64,000 nt of DNA from Hydrolagus affinis (taxonomy: Eukaryota), in contig JAAILG010001098.1 of assembly GCA_012026655.1 (NCBI GenBank), forward strand, positions 1-64,000, in the 5' to 3' direction. The notes below the pieces were generated by a model. The model was given only the letters and a program-made list of their open reading frames with translations. It did no database searches and was not told the DNA's origin. Shown here in pieces: positions 38,840-53,800 of this stretch; the stretch's first letter is position 1; the number at the start of each line of letters is the position of its first letter. The position numbers and the translations under genes are program-made.

Positions 38840-41800
38840 CCAACCAACCAACCAACCAATCAATCAAGCAGTCACTTTCCTTTCATTGTCTGGAAGGTGA
38901 TGAAGCCAGTACCTGTTCTGTTGTGACCAGCTCCTTCCATTTTCTGCTCGATGTCCATTCCCGATGGCCTTTGGCTTTACTAGAAATCCCTTCAGAACAG
39001 AAGCAAGTTTTACCATCAGAACAATACAATTTTATTCTCTTTCTCAAAACAGTGCAATTGTGAACCCATAAGATGCTGCAAAATGTAACTGTTCCCAAGA
39101 TCTACCCGTGTGTGAAATGCGGGGAAGTTCCTATGTCTGTTTCAGGCTGGTATGTTTGAATGGCAGATACAGACGTTTGTTTTACCTGCCCATAATCTCT
39201 GTTCACATCAGACAATAGCAACACAATACTAGTCTCAGGGGGAATCTTAAAGGAAAACTTAGTTCAACCAACTCCAGTAAAGATTCAGGGTTTGTAAATC
39301 AGTAGTACAGCTGCAAAAAATAAAGGTTGTTATAAAAGTTTTTTAAAAAAGTTTTGTCCCCAGAGCTGTGTGAACACCGGCTGCCAGAGACCTGAGCGAA
39401 GGGCATTATACAAATAGTGCCACAGGATCCGTACTGTTGGAGCTCACCTCACAGGTACAGCTCACAATGTCTTGTACCAGGAAAGCAGCGAGTGTTTGTT
39501 TATAGCAATGTCACTGGTCGAGTGTTACCTCGTGGTTGGTGCTCCGCCGCTCTATGTAAGCGATGAATTGTGAGCTGAGGCTGTTGGAATCTGCCTTCGA
39601 CAATCGGACGTCCTCTTCCTCCTCCGTCGCGCAGCTGTCAATGTAATCAATCTGCTCCAAGTCGTGCTCAACTAGTGAAGACAAAGTCATTTGTCAATGT
39701 TTCTGTGGAGATCAGTTGGCTGAGCAGAGATCCATAATAATAATAATAATAATAATAATAATCCTGGCATTGCATATCGCGGCTTTTCACATCTTATCCA
39801 CGTCTCAAAGCGCTTCACAGAATATACTGTCAAGTGACTTGACTGTATGTACTTGTGGGTGAATCGCGGCAGCCAATTGCGCACGGCAGCGTCCCCCACA
39901 CAAACAGTTGTGGATTGAAACAACCAATTTTTTATTATTGGGGGTTTTTATTAGGTGTGTTTGTGTGGGGAGTGTGTGTGTGTGTGTGTGTGGAGTAGGG
40001 AAACTTGCCCAAGGTTTCGCCCTGACCTGCCTGGATTCGAACACGGGTCTCACGCTTGTAAGGTGAGTGCTCTAACCACTGAGCTGCAGGAGCTTCACAA
40101 TGACTGAACCCAAGGCATTCCCGACACTGGATGGCATCTTTATCATTTAAACCATCAGGTCGTGGAATTCCAAGCTTTCCTAACTTTAGATGGTAAACAG
40201 TACAGAGCTACCGAATCACTGGTTACTGCAGAGACCCAGTGACGCACAAGCTCTGGATTTACCTGCTCCGTTTGTCACTAACGGCGCCGCTCGGTGTTCA
40301 GCATACTGAGCCTCCCGTCGTTGCCCTTTTGCAATTTCTGCTACTCGTTGCGGGAGGTCGGAAAACTCATCTGTCGGCTGCAACAAGAGAATAACAACAG
40401 GCCTTGTAGGTATCTCAAAAGGTTCTCGGTGATGCCGTGTTTTGCATGTGTAAAGCTATCTTCCTGGAACAGTCACAAATCGATTCTCATTTGATTTTTG
40501 CAAATTTGAAGAGAAATTCATAGGACAGTGAAAGGCGCTGTACAAGTGTCATTTTGTTGTTGTTGTTAATGGCGAATCGAGCGATGAATTGGGAGAGGGG
40601 TAAAAGGCAGAAAAAGGAGAAAAAGCATATTGCGCGGAGAAGANNNNNNNNNNNNNNNNNNNNNNNNNNNNNNNNNNNNNNNNNNNNNNNNNNNNNNNNN
40701 NNNNNNNNNNNNNNNNNNNNNNNNNNNNNNNNNNNNNNNNNNNTTCCCCCCCCCCCCCCCCCACTTACTAGCATACGTGATTTGAAGCGCACAAGTTGAA
40801 ATCCTCTATCTTGTTGGTCAGCCAGGTATCTGGCATGCAAACAGACCCCCTCACTGTGCTTTCAGAGTATCATCACCCACTGAGAGTTGGTGAGAGAATT
40901 CTATGGCAAAGGTAGCAGAGGCACTCACCTCATTCCCTGACCATCTCTTATCCCCACTGTCAACACTGTTGAAGCCAGAATCCAGAGCTCCATATGGTCG
41001 GCCCAAGATATAGTCCTCGTGACTATAAAAAAAAGAAGAGAAAACGGGTTTTAATTGATGAGCGATTGTTTGAAATAAAAATACAGAAACTGAGCAGAAG
41101 TATTTACACATCAGCAATATTGAAATTCCACAAACTCTTAAAATATTAACAAGCTGAGACCACGTTAGTTAAATGGGTCCATAACTATGGCAGCATGTGT
41201 CAGCATCTGAGTGATACCTACTGGACTTCTCAGCCAACCGCTTTACAGCCAGAGTCTACAGCAGCACACACAACACACACACAAACAAAATTAAAATTAT
41301 AGAGCGCCTTTCACGTCGGGAGGACGTCCCAAGGCTTGAACATTTATAACACCATGATTCTGTAGACTGAGTTGCTGACCTTCAATTGACTAGTCTGGGA
41401 GAGGGCTTATTACTAAGAAAACTAGGATCACATAATAAATTGGTGTCATATTTTACACCTATTACTGCCCATTTCTAAAGGACAACCTGTGCTCACGACA
41501 GGTTGTCTTGACTATTCAGGAGCAAAATTTTACTCACAACTACACTACACAAGAACAGCAGGAATACATTAACTGTGAGCTATCGAACCAAGCTTTTCTT
41601 CTCCTCACTGCTTTGTTTGGGGATTTTAACCCCATTAGTGTAGTTTACAAATGTTGTGGCTGACACAAGGATACCACAATCTTCAAGAGGTTTACCACTA
41701 TGGAAAGGGGAAGCTTATTCCATTGGTTTCCCCTTTCCCTATTTTTAGTTTAATAATAATGTAACCCTATTTTAACATCCTGAAGCTATAATCATACCAA

Positions 41801-44800
41801 TTGCACAAGAGGAAATCGGCGTCTTGAAAATCATTGCCAAGAAACCTCAAACAGAAAAGTAGAAAAGCTATTTAACTTATGTAACTTCTTGATCATAAAT
41901 ACAGTATTTCCATCGTCTCTTTACGCGATGGATCACACGCATGATCTCTTAAGAGGTAAGTAAAGAAACAAAATCCTAAATGTAGGTATTTCCTTTCTTA
42001 TTCCCCTTTTTCCTCACCCCTGGGATCCGTTATTGTGAAGTGCTCTGAGACGCTGTCCGGTGTGGAGGGAGCTATATAAATCAAAGTTGTTGTTGTTCCT
42101 ATACGCAGCAGCTGACACTCGGGGACACAATTCCACGGTTACCAGCATCCTTTTGGTACTTTGCCCAAGAACCAATTATTTTTGTGTGTGTTTTTTCACA
42201 CACACACACACACTAAGACAGTTAAGACAGAGAGCTTCAGCTATTGAGGTCCAATTCTGTCCTCCCTATAAAACATCTACAAAACATTCGATAATAATCA
42301 GCAGCAGAAACCCAGGATGCCTGGATTTTCTCCTCCCCAGCACAGATGTGTCAAGCTTCGTAATTGATTCCATGCTGAGTTGGTCAATTTAAGAACAAAC
42401 CTAGTTGTACAGACCCAGTATAATAGCTGATCTCTCACGTGTTTGAACAGTTCACTGCAGAAATCTTGGCACCCGCAAAGGTTACAGAAATTGACTAATC
42501 TTGAATGGCAACTCACTCTAACTTTTTCCAGAATTCCAGTATACAATTAATATAAAATAAAACAAATACATTGAAGGCTATTCAGAAGTGGGGTTTTTTT
42601 TAAAAAAAGTTAACATTCTGAAAATATTCAGCTTGTCTGTAATCTCCCAGCAGGATTCTTGTCTTAGAATTTAGTTACAATAGTCCTGGACCCACTCCAT
42701 CACATCTAAGTTCGTTAATACTATAATGAAAATCCGGGCAAGCGAAAAGGGACTGAATCTGGCATAAACACAACTGTTGATGTGAGACAATACATCAGCT
42801 GTCACCAACAGCTTGAAAATGCTGACAAACTGGAAGAACTGTCAGCAGGTGCTTGCTTACGCAGACAGAAACTCCTAACCTGGATCACTAGCCTCTGCTC
42901 CTTGCCAATAACACTTTCCTGCGTTGGGAAAGGTTGAAAAAAGCAAAACACTTTTTTTTTAAAAAAAACTGATCATGAAATGTTGAGCTTTTTTCTGCAA
43001 TAATTTTAGGTTCAATTGTGTTCCACTACAATAACAAAATACCCAAAAAAAAACTTCAAGCCAAAAATCAGAAGACAAACCACTTAGAATGCAATGATTT
43101 ATATCTAAATGTGTGTTTTGTCTGGCACTATAAGGCAATGCCACGTTTATTACATGTTTTACAATTCGAACCAGTTCCTGACAAGATTTTTTAGAAAGCA
43201 TATGGAAGAGATAATTTTGATTGAGATGAACTAAAGTAAATGAATCCTGAATAGTGACCACGATATGCTGTCATTTCCCCACAGCCAGGATTAGCTGAAC
43301 TGTTGGCATCCACAGACTATTTATATTATTTGCTTCTTCTGTTTAGTTAGAAAGTGGCAAACTGGAGAATAAACTAACACCAGGAACAAAGAATATATTG
43401 CTTAAAAGGTGTTTCTTTTTAATAAGGCGAGATCTCATAAGTGTCGTAAAAACGACGCTTTACCGTTAAACATAGAACCATGGAAATGTAAGATACAGTT
43501 GGGAGTCCATTTGGCCCATATTTTCATGTGATTATTCACTCCTCAAAGAGTGAATAATCTTTTTAAACTCCTCAATCAACTGTGTTCCAACAGCTACCCT
43601 GACGTGTGATTCTGTCCCCTGATAGCCCTCTAAAACAATAAGTTCTTGCAAACTTTTTTTTGTTGTTGATTTATTTTTGCTCCCACAGTAAGACTTTACT
43701 GCTAATACTAACCATGAATTGAAACCAATTGATCTGGTTCTGTCATATTCGGGCAGGTCAGGCGCACTTTTACATGCTTCAATATTCAGATATTTGAATA
43801 TGTGGACTTTTCCCTTGATACAAATCTGGAAGAAATAAAACATGTTTAGAGAGAGCTCATAAAACAATATCACTGGTTAACAGGTCGGTGAATGTAGCAT
43901 CACTTAAGGTGAACAAAAAGCAACCAGATGAAGTTGGCCATTGAAGTAGGCAAGATTTAATACAGTAAGCGAAATCTAAGATAAAAATAAACTCTCCTGT
44001 TTGCAGACTAACCTGTGCTGGTGGAGACTGTAGAGGATTATTATCCAGTATGATTGTCTGTAGGTGACGGAGGTTTCGGAAACAAACTGGGATTGTAGTC
44101 ACCTTATTACAAGAAAAGTCTAGTCGCACAAGAGGCAAATCTGCAAGTTCTAATAAAGAAACAAGTTATTAGCTAGAGTCCTGCACAGCAGATAAGCAGA
44201 ATTGGGCTCTAAATATACTCCGCAACGAGAATTTTAAATCTAGTTGAGATGCAACTTAAGAGTTCATCAATGCTTTCACTAAAGCAAAGTGGTATGTATG
44301 TATTCAGCCCCTTGGGACGTCCTCCCGACGTGAAAGGCGCTATACAAATGTAATTTTGTTGTTGTTATACTTGACTCCTTCCAAATTAAACGTAATATAT
44401 CCTAAATTAAAAACACAATCGATTACAAGAAAATTCTTGTATTTAGAACTCTTCAAAGGGACTAAATATCAAAGTGAGTTGAAACAACAAAAAACAGAAA
44501 ATGGCACTCGTATAGCGCCTTTCACGTCAGGAGGGCGTCCCAAAGCGCTGGGAACAATTCAACCTGAATCAAGTGGATGAGGAGTGGTCTCTGTAAGGGT
44601 CTTTACAGTTGACCTGTTTCAGCGCAGTCTGCCCACCCGCTAGTGGACACGAGTCCCCCTCGCCCTCTAGCATTCTTACCACATAAATGTTTAGGGACAA
44701 TGACACTGTAGATGTTGAGTAAGCCCTAAGCGTTATCATCAACAGTAAATGTGTGAGCACAACTAATGCTTCATTATACTGCTGCTCTCATAGCAAGAAA

Positions 44801-47800
44801 CCCCAGGAACCAATGGAACACTTTTAAGTGAATACCTGCAAGACACACACACACACCAAGCAATTTTACTATTTTGAGCTGATCAGAACCACAGAATGGT
44901 ACAGGTTATATTATTCACAAAAGAACCAACCTTCTGGTAGTGTAACTAAATGATTCCTTCTGATGTTTAGTTCCCTTAGAATCTCCAGATTCCCAACTTG
45001 TGGTGGTAAAACCTGGATCTCGTTACAGCTGACATCCTACAGAACAGAGCAAGATATCGGTTTACATGCGGTCGGCTTACCTGAAACAAGGCTACCGTAA
45101 ATACAATTTCTAATTGGAATCCAGAGCAGCGCCTGGTTTTAAGAAATCATTCTCTTTTCCTTCTTGCTGACTTCCATATTTTTACAGAAGCTATACCAGT
45201 TGAGGTGCCAATTTGCCAGATTAGATTCTCACAGGAAATCAGACACACACAGGATAAACAAAGGGACTCGGGGCAGTCCTGCACATTTCCTCTCCATTTG
45301 ACAGCAGTTTTTAATGCCTTACTTAAAATCACTTACATCTGCAGACAAACAAACAGCGTTTATAAAGTCCAGGACTAAACAAAGTTCTGATGGAAACATT
45401 AAACTCTTAAAAGAAGAAAGCTGCTTTGAGGAAGCATAATACAAAGTACATAGCAGTTATGTACAGTTCAATACTTGTATCAAAATATCTCTTAAATGCT
45501 TTAATAAATATTTGCTGACACTGAAATGGAAATGTAATATTTTAGAAATGGAAGCCAGGTGCAAGAAATTGACAAAGCAGGAGAAATACAAATGACATAA
45601 GCAAATTATCAAAGGTAGATTAAAAGGGTAGAAAAGCATGAAAAAAAAATTAATAACATAGTTTTTTTTTTAAAAAAACACCAAAAGCATGAGTGTGACT
45701 TCTATGAGAGAAGGAAGGCAAGCTGACAGAAAAGAATAAAAAGGATAGAGGTGCTTAATAAATATCCCGCTTTTTACAAACTGAGAAAATACTTCAGTTA
45801 ACCAATGTGGATCTGTACTTACTAGTTCAGTTAAGTGTCGCAGTAATCTTATTTCCTCTGGCAGTGATACTAGTTTGTTGTTACTTGCTATTAAAACTTT
45901 CAATGGGAGATGACAGATATGTCCAGGTAATGTGGTGAGTTGATTTCGACTGTGGAAAACAAAATACAAAACAGTAAACTTGTCGCTCTACTTGAAAAGC
46001 AAGCTTGTAAAATCAATTCACATTTCCAGAGTTACACAGCAACAAAATATGAATCCATTAAGTATGGAAACTATCAAGCCATTTCAACCGTGGAGCGAAA
46101 TTCAAATTTGTATAAAACATGAGATTTAAAGCCAAAACACACAGAGTATTTAGGTTAAACAACAATAACAAAGATGTAAAATGATCCCTTAAGTCATTCT
46201 TAAGATATCTGCACATCTCACTGGATGGACTAATTGTGTACTGATATTAAATTTCACATCATTACAGTACTTCTGATATTAACCATAAACTAAAACAATT
46301 AATTTTATTCAGATTATAACAAAACAATAAATCTTTTAGACTATATGGTTGGATCAATAAAATAAAAAATCCCCACACCTGATATTTAAGAAGTTTAAAC
46401 ACTGTAGGTTTAAAATGGTCTCTGGAATACTTCGTATACAGTTCTGATACAGGTTAAGGCTTTCCAATGACACGAAGTAACAAACTTCTGAAGGAATGTC
46501 TATTAGTCTGTTCCTAGATAGATCTGAAATAAAAGGGGAAAGGGAGAAGAAAAAGTCAAAAGTCATTCTGTAAGAACTACCTGGGGGAAATCAGTGCTTC
46601 GGGATGCTATCTTGCGAGAAGGGCACTATATAAATGCAAGTTGTTATTGAATAGATACAGCAACTTCACTGTTTGTTGGTTATTTTCTACAGATGAAGGT
46701 CAACAAGACCGAGGTCCTCCTGATTGACTCGCGCCAGCGCCTTCACGCGTCAGGCACTGGCAGCATCAACCTCCATGGTTGCACACTCCACCTTGCCGAG
46801 CCAGTCAGGAACCTAGATGTCTTGTGTGATCCTCGATTGTCTTTCCTTCCCCACATCCAAGCCATGCCTTCCCTCACCTCTGCACTATTGCCCAACTCCC
46901 CTCAGGCCGCCAAAACTCTATTTCTTGCCTTCATCACATATAGGCTCGACTACGCCAACGCTCGTCGGCCTTCCCAATTCCTCCCAACATTTTTGCTTGT
47001 TTTACTAGCGGAATCAATGTCAAAAAATCTTTCGGAGTGACTGCACCACCAGTGCCAACAACAATCTCATCAATCCATCCCGTCTTATGCCTCCAGTCAT
47101 TTTATTTTGCCTTAGAAGGACAGAACTCCTCCACCAACAGGAAATCACATTTTTCAACAGAAAATCATCTTTAGGTACAAAAAGGGCATCTCAATTTAAT
47201 TTTCTGCCTTTGATCCCTTAAATCCCTTTCTTTCCAAAAACACCTTGTTTCCAATTGAACGCATTGATACAGACTGCTTCAATGGGCTTCTTGATAAGTG
47301 TATTCTAATGTTATTCAATTATTTTCCGATATTTGCCAATGCCATATCTATACAAATATTTACATATGACTCTACAATCAAAAACAGCACATCCACACAA
47401 AAGGATTACCATTTTTTTGTCTCTACTCCACAATATACAAACATCTTAAAAGAAAGATAAGCAACATGTACAAAATACACTGTAATACTCTATAATAATC
47501 CTTACATTTGGTATACCAATAGACTTCATTTTATGCTGAATCTGAATCCTTATAAATAAAATATTGCACTTCACCAATAACTAAACCAATGCAAAATTCA
47601 AAATAATTAGAATTGTTAAAATAATTAAAATATTGCCATTTGGTACAGTTATGATTTTATCAGTGTCTGATAATAAAAACAAATCCTATCAGCAAAACAC
47701 AACACTTTCACACTTGTGAGAGGGGAAGGCTTTTAGCTCTATAAACAGCACAGAGTGATGCATATTCTTACAACAAATTGTATTCATATTGCGCCTCTTT

Positions 47801-50800
47801 TTCATACCAATTTTCTTTCATTTCATGCAGGGTAGTGTTCCAGAGCTAGTGATATTCTTACGTGTAGAATATGCTGTACACGTCTGGAGAAAGTTTTTTT
47901 AAAAAATAATCTCTGTCCCGTGGAACCATTTTAATTGAGACAGATGTGTGCACAAAGAATAATGCAAGTGTGTGACTGAGTACTTCATTTTCTATGTTGA
48001 AGAGCTGCCAGCAGCTTCTCATGCAATACACTGTATGCCCTACATAGAATTCTCTGCTCCGAGAGTTGACATGATTTAGTGAAGAGCCTATTCAATGCTC
48101 AAAATGCTCTCACAGTTCAGGAATTTTATAAATTAATCTGAGATAACATACTGTGCTCTTGGCAGTCTCAGCCTCCAGGGCTTCAGTAACCCCTGCACTT
48201 CATCGCTCTGCTGTCTGTAGAGAAACTGCAGCTACTGTTAAGATATACAATACAGTTTTTCAGCTGTGGCCTAGTTGTGGTGGTAGCTGCATGACAAACA
48301 AAAGGAGCACTTTAACCAGTATTTTTAATTCAGTTTATGCGACCTGTATTCTTTCATAATATCACAAAGCATATTTTTTCTTGCACTGAAAATTCATTGA
48401 TTATTTTTTTTAAAACAAAATGTATATACCTAAACCATCAAATTACCAAGCAGATGTTAGTTTGGAGATAGTTATAGCCTACAGCACAATTTTGGAAATT
48501 GACTAAGCCACGTCACCAAAATTCCTCCCAGCCCATGTCAGTCCCGTAACACTCTCCAAATCGAGTAGAGTCAGGAGAAGTGCACGGCTGGCCAAAGAAA
48601 ATGATTACAGCATCCATTTCCTAATCATCTACAAGCCTCTTGTTTTTATGTCATGATTTCCAAATAAGTATGGCTATTTTTACAGATTAACATCATGCTA
48701 GTTTCAAATTATATTACAATGCTTAAATAACAAAACACTTTCCATTTCGCACTTCCTAAGGTCAGTTTTAATTTGAGTAACAATACCGATACCACCATCA
48801 AGTCCATTAACTGATTGAACCCATGGGAAATTCTATCCCATCCATAGAGTATATGCGCTGCTTACTTTTATTCCTAATCTACAGTATATTTAACTATGAT
48901 CTACTCAAGTTGCCATATATCCTATTGAGCTTTCTTGGTAAGATACTGGTTGCCTTTTATCTGCTCCCCCAGTAGCTTGGTGTCATCTGCAAAATGTTAC
49001 TGCCTTGCATGGAGTATGCTAATATTAGGAGTATGCTAATAGGAAATATCTCAGCATGGACTTCTGAGGCCATCCATTCATTACCTTCTGTATTTGAACC
49101 TTGGGTTTACATGTTGGATTTACATGTAATATTCACTGACAGTTTGGTAAAGGAGTACAACTGTCACAACCGTTTGGAAGCCCTGGCATTCTAAATTGTA
49201 GATTTCCATCAATTTATATAATAATCGTTACATTTGATACACTGCCTTTCATGCCATGCCCCTGTATTACAATGCTTCACAGAAATATGTTGTACGGTGG
49301 AGTGACTGTGTGTTTTGCGGGCAATTCACTTCTCAAGAACGATTGCATGATTAGTCATGATTAGTCTACTTCCCCCACCTCCTCTCCCCCCACCCCACCC
49401 CCCTCCCCCTGAAGTCATGTTGGTTGTTATTTTATAATTTTTCATACCAATACTCTTTTCATTTTACTTTGGATTACAGTTGCTGTTATTTTTTTTCCCA
49501 TGTATTGAGGTCAGTTATTTGGTAAAGCAGTCATCGCAATACGGGAACTATAGTTTGTTGCTTTCAGTTAATCTGCGTTGAATCTCAACATGCACTGAGA
49601 ACTGTGATCTCACCGTGCACCCTAAAGTAACCCCACCTTCGAAGGAGATAAATAGAAAAACTTCATATACAGTAATTAGAGATGTAGCAGCTGGAATTTG
49701 CAAGTTAGGATTTATTTGAGAGAACTTTAGCATCAAAGGAAATCATGAGCTTTTGATACAGTACTACAACTGTACAAAAATCAGAAAACACACAACTTGG
49801 AATCAACTAAATAGCCCTTTATGAAGAGCTATGCATCCAGTGGTTAATTCAATACGAATTGGGTTCAATGGATTTGAAGAGAGAATCAATGGAACTTTTG
49901 TTAATATTCCATTAAGAGCCTGAATATCTGTTACATTTTCTATTTGAAATACAAAGTGCACATGTACCTAAATAACTGTTTTTTTCCCTCCCTTTCAAGT
50001 CAATATTCTCATTTTCCCACCTACTTGCTTTCAACTTTCTTCTACTAGGATTTAACTTTATAAATCTTGGTTCCTCTCTTGTATTTTGTTTCTGAAACAC
50101 CAGGTACAGGCCAATTGTACCTTGGTTCATGCTATCTGAGATTAGACAACCTGGCTTATCAGCTCTCTGAATAAACTCTGAGATGTTAGGAGTCTAACCG
50201 AGTAACGATTGTCTATTTTTCCTCATAGGCTGAACTACAATGACAGATGAACTTTAGGAGGAGATGATCGCAGCATATCGTTTTAGTTTAACACCATTTA
50301 CTTTCAAACATTGAATCTTTGCTGTGCAGTCCTGTTTCTTCCTCCCCGCCATCTCCCCTCCTTCCCCCACCCCCACATTTCAAAATCAAACCACATTTAC
50401 AATTCAGGTCCGAGAAGAAAACACAATTTAAGATGATTACAAGCTGTGACATATCAGCTGTGCTTTATTTCAACGTTCTATATTTATGTCCTATCCTGCT
50501 TTCAAACCACAATGAAAATGGTGTTAACTAGTTTACAATTAGAAATCAACAAACAATAACAAAATTATATTTAGAGAGCATATATACTACTCTTCCCTAC
50601 CTGAAAACTCTACCGTTACTTTAATAAAAAGTAAATCTTCAAAGTTCACGCATAAAAAAATCCATTTATGGTATTAACCAACATAAACTGGGGACTTTTT
50701 CAGATAACAAAATAGCGACTTTGTTACAGTATTGCTGAAAGAAATCATCTCAAGTATGAAACTCGCACAAAAAGATCTTTGAACAAAACTAGATGGGGTT

Positions 50801-53800
50801 AATTGTACGTGAGCTACACAGGTCGGGTCTGATGGATTATAATTGCTCTCATGAATATATGGTACATTATATGGAGAAGAGAAAAGTTAGATCCAAAGCT
50901 GTAACCAAATGTGAGAGTGTTGTGATTCACTTTGGAAATTCACTTTGGAAATTTCAATGCACAATATTTTTTCCGTTTGGGTTTGAAAGATTTAAAGAAT
51001 GGCTCAGTGCCATCGTATAATCCAGCTGAAAGCTACACTTAATGTTTTTTTTATTTGTTCTGAACAAAATAGACTTTCAACCCTGTGATTTCATTACATG
51101 GATGTATTTCAAACTAGCCACGAGGAAGGGGATTCCGTCTATCTGAGCCTACAATCAGATGGACCATACTTCCTGTGAACTACACAATGGCACAAGCAAA
51201 TTACATTCAGCTATTAAAAATAGTACATGTGAGTAATTTCCACCAGTAAGCACGCTCAGTTCAGATTTTCTATGATACAATATGGAGGAGAAACCACATT
51301 GGGCTAAAGGATAAATAGAACCTGGTTAAGTATTCTGTTGCACACGTCAATGGCTGAGAAAAAACAGATCTGGCCAGTTTCATGGACCATCTGCTCTCCA
51401 TTTGCACATTATTTTTAACCCACTCCAGCTGTCGTAGGAAGTCTGCCCTGCAGCTGCAGGAAATGCTCTTCCCAGCCACACTGCGGTTCACATTTCCCTC
51501 ATCCAGAATCAGCTAGCAGGAATGTGTGTCAAATCCCTCTCATTACATCGTATGCACACCAAAGTCACTTCTGCCATTCCTCAAACAAGCAAGCTTCAGT
51601 CATGCCATCAAATCTTTAAACACATCTTTCAAATTATATTATTAACTATCCACAAGAAGGCTAATCCTAGTGAGACCAAGAAATCTTACAGCAACTTGAA
51701 TTTCAGCAACGTTTAAGGTGGTGTGCTGACTTGTCACACCCTATAGATTGGATGCATGCGAAAGCTGCTGCTTAATCAGGAAAGGTTGGATTCCGTTCTT
51801 GTGAGGAGTGTGTGAGGAGATTATGGCTTCATACAGGACTGAGGATCGGTGGAACAATCAGGGAGAAAACAACAACAAAATGACATCTGTAGAGCACCTT
51901 TTGCGTTGGGAGGACCTCCAAAAGCACTGACTTGAGCATGGGAGAGTGGGGGCAAGTTTGGGATGACGGGGAGCAGAGGTAGGACGATGCCTGAAGGCCA
52001 TGGTTGAAAAGGAAGGTCTTGAGTCGTGCCTTGAAGAAGGCAAAGGGAGGGAGCAAGCGATTATGGGATGGAGTTCCAAAGGTTAGGGTAAGACAGTTTG
52101 AAAGCCTGGCCGCTGACGGTAGGGCGGATTGGGCTGGAGCCTGCTGAATGGAGGGAGGGGACAGATTAATAGGGGGATCAGCAGGTCAGAGAGGTAGGTG
52201 GGGCAAAGCTGTGGAGGGCCTTGAAAGTGAGGACGAGGAGTTTGAATTCTATCCTCTGGGGGATGGGGAGAACTACTTACACTGCCTTCAATCATTTCTG
52301 TAAGGCTTTCAACCCAGTATCTCATGAAGAAGCTAGAAACTGTAGAACTACTTGGCCATATTTACTCTTTAGATATCAGCCAAGCTGAGTTGGTTACACT
52401 CTCACCTCTGAGTCAGAAGGTTGTGGACCCAGACCAACAACAACAACAAAATTACATAAGTACTTTGAACTTATCATCTAAAATTATACTGCAGTGCTGT
52501 ATGATATTATGTGATGAGTGCTAAATAAGTGGTAAGGCAGAAGAAGCAAAATAATATAAATTTCTAATCCATCTGACTGGCAATTATTATTATTATTGGA
52601 TTAATGACACAGCCAATGTCCAACTCTAGAAAATAAACCAAACCACTGTTATAATGCAGACATAGTTACATTTATATAGAACTACTGTACTACTTTTCCT
52701 TTTACAGCGTGAAGGAACTTGCTTGTCCACATCCATTCATTAACCTCTAAGCCTTGGGCAACCCCATATTCAGTGATATCATCATATGGCACTGTGCCCA
52801 CAGTTAATACAATCACAGACATTCTTAATATTTTACAAAGAGAACCATGTTGAAGTGTTGCTTTGTAGGTCAGCTGCTTCTGAACAGATATTAAAGGCTG
52901 CAAAACAGTATTCTGTAACACAACCGTGATGTGGACTCCAATCGACCAACTAGGTCAAATCTTTCCATTAAACAGGAACACAGAAGGGAATATTCTCCAG
53001 CAAAACGAAAACAACAACCAAATCACAGCCTTTAAACACCCCACAGACAGCACAAACAGGCTCTTTACAGTATTTGGAAGCCCCATATATCAGCTACACA
53101 TAGCTGGCATTTATATATTTACATGACTCAAAGGTGACATTGTTTAGTTCCTCAATAAGAATTTAGGGGAAATAAATCAAACTTCTGTTTTCTGATAACA
53201 AAACTCAATTCCGCTTGTTCTATTTTATAATTTTCCCAAATTTGCACTTCAGCTATCATTCAGCATTAAATATGGCATTTCCTCAGAGAGCTGAAGATTC
53301 ACCACTTTTTCTACTGAAGTGCCAGTAACTTTGAAAACTCTTAGGTAAGCAGATATTTTAGTTGCCTGAATACTAAACAGCATCTGTTATTTCAATCGCT
53401 CACTTTTGAGACAGATAGGGAATAGGGGCAATTTACTGCTCTGGGTGGTCAGACTGAGTTTGCAAACAGGCAAATGCACTTCCTCAGAGGAAGCTGAAGA
53501 TTTTCAGTCAAAAGGTCCAATGGGACCAGGGACAATGGAAACAGCTTGAATCGGGAGCCGGGGGTAAACAAACAACAGAGATATTTAGCTTTTATACCCC
53601 TTTATTTACTTGTTGCACAGCCTTAAACCCACTGAAGACCACTCGCTCCCCTCCCAAATCTTCACTGATTGCTTTCTGGGTGCATTCCAATAGCCAGCAA
53701 AGTGTCTCTGAGGCTCCCTTCAGCACGTTTGTCAAGTGTTGTTTCTTTCCTAAATATCCACCGTTCGAAGAAATGAACTGTCTTCAGTGCACAGGGGAGT

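Noticed and set aside
40644-40743. Missing exon within the N gap
   Set aside because: The flanking LRCH3 exons join in frame with the expected sequence (WSGNE|PTDEFSDLP).
41702-41738. GGAAAGGGGAA/TTCCCCTTTCC hairpin
   Set aside because: A short low-complexity stem in an intron, plausible by chance.
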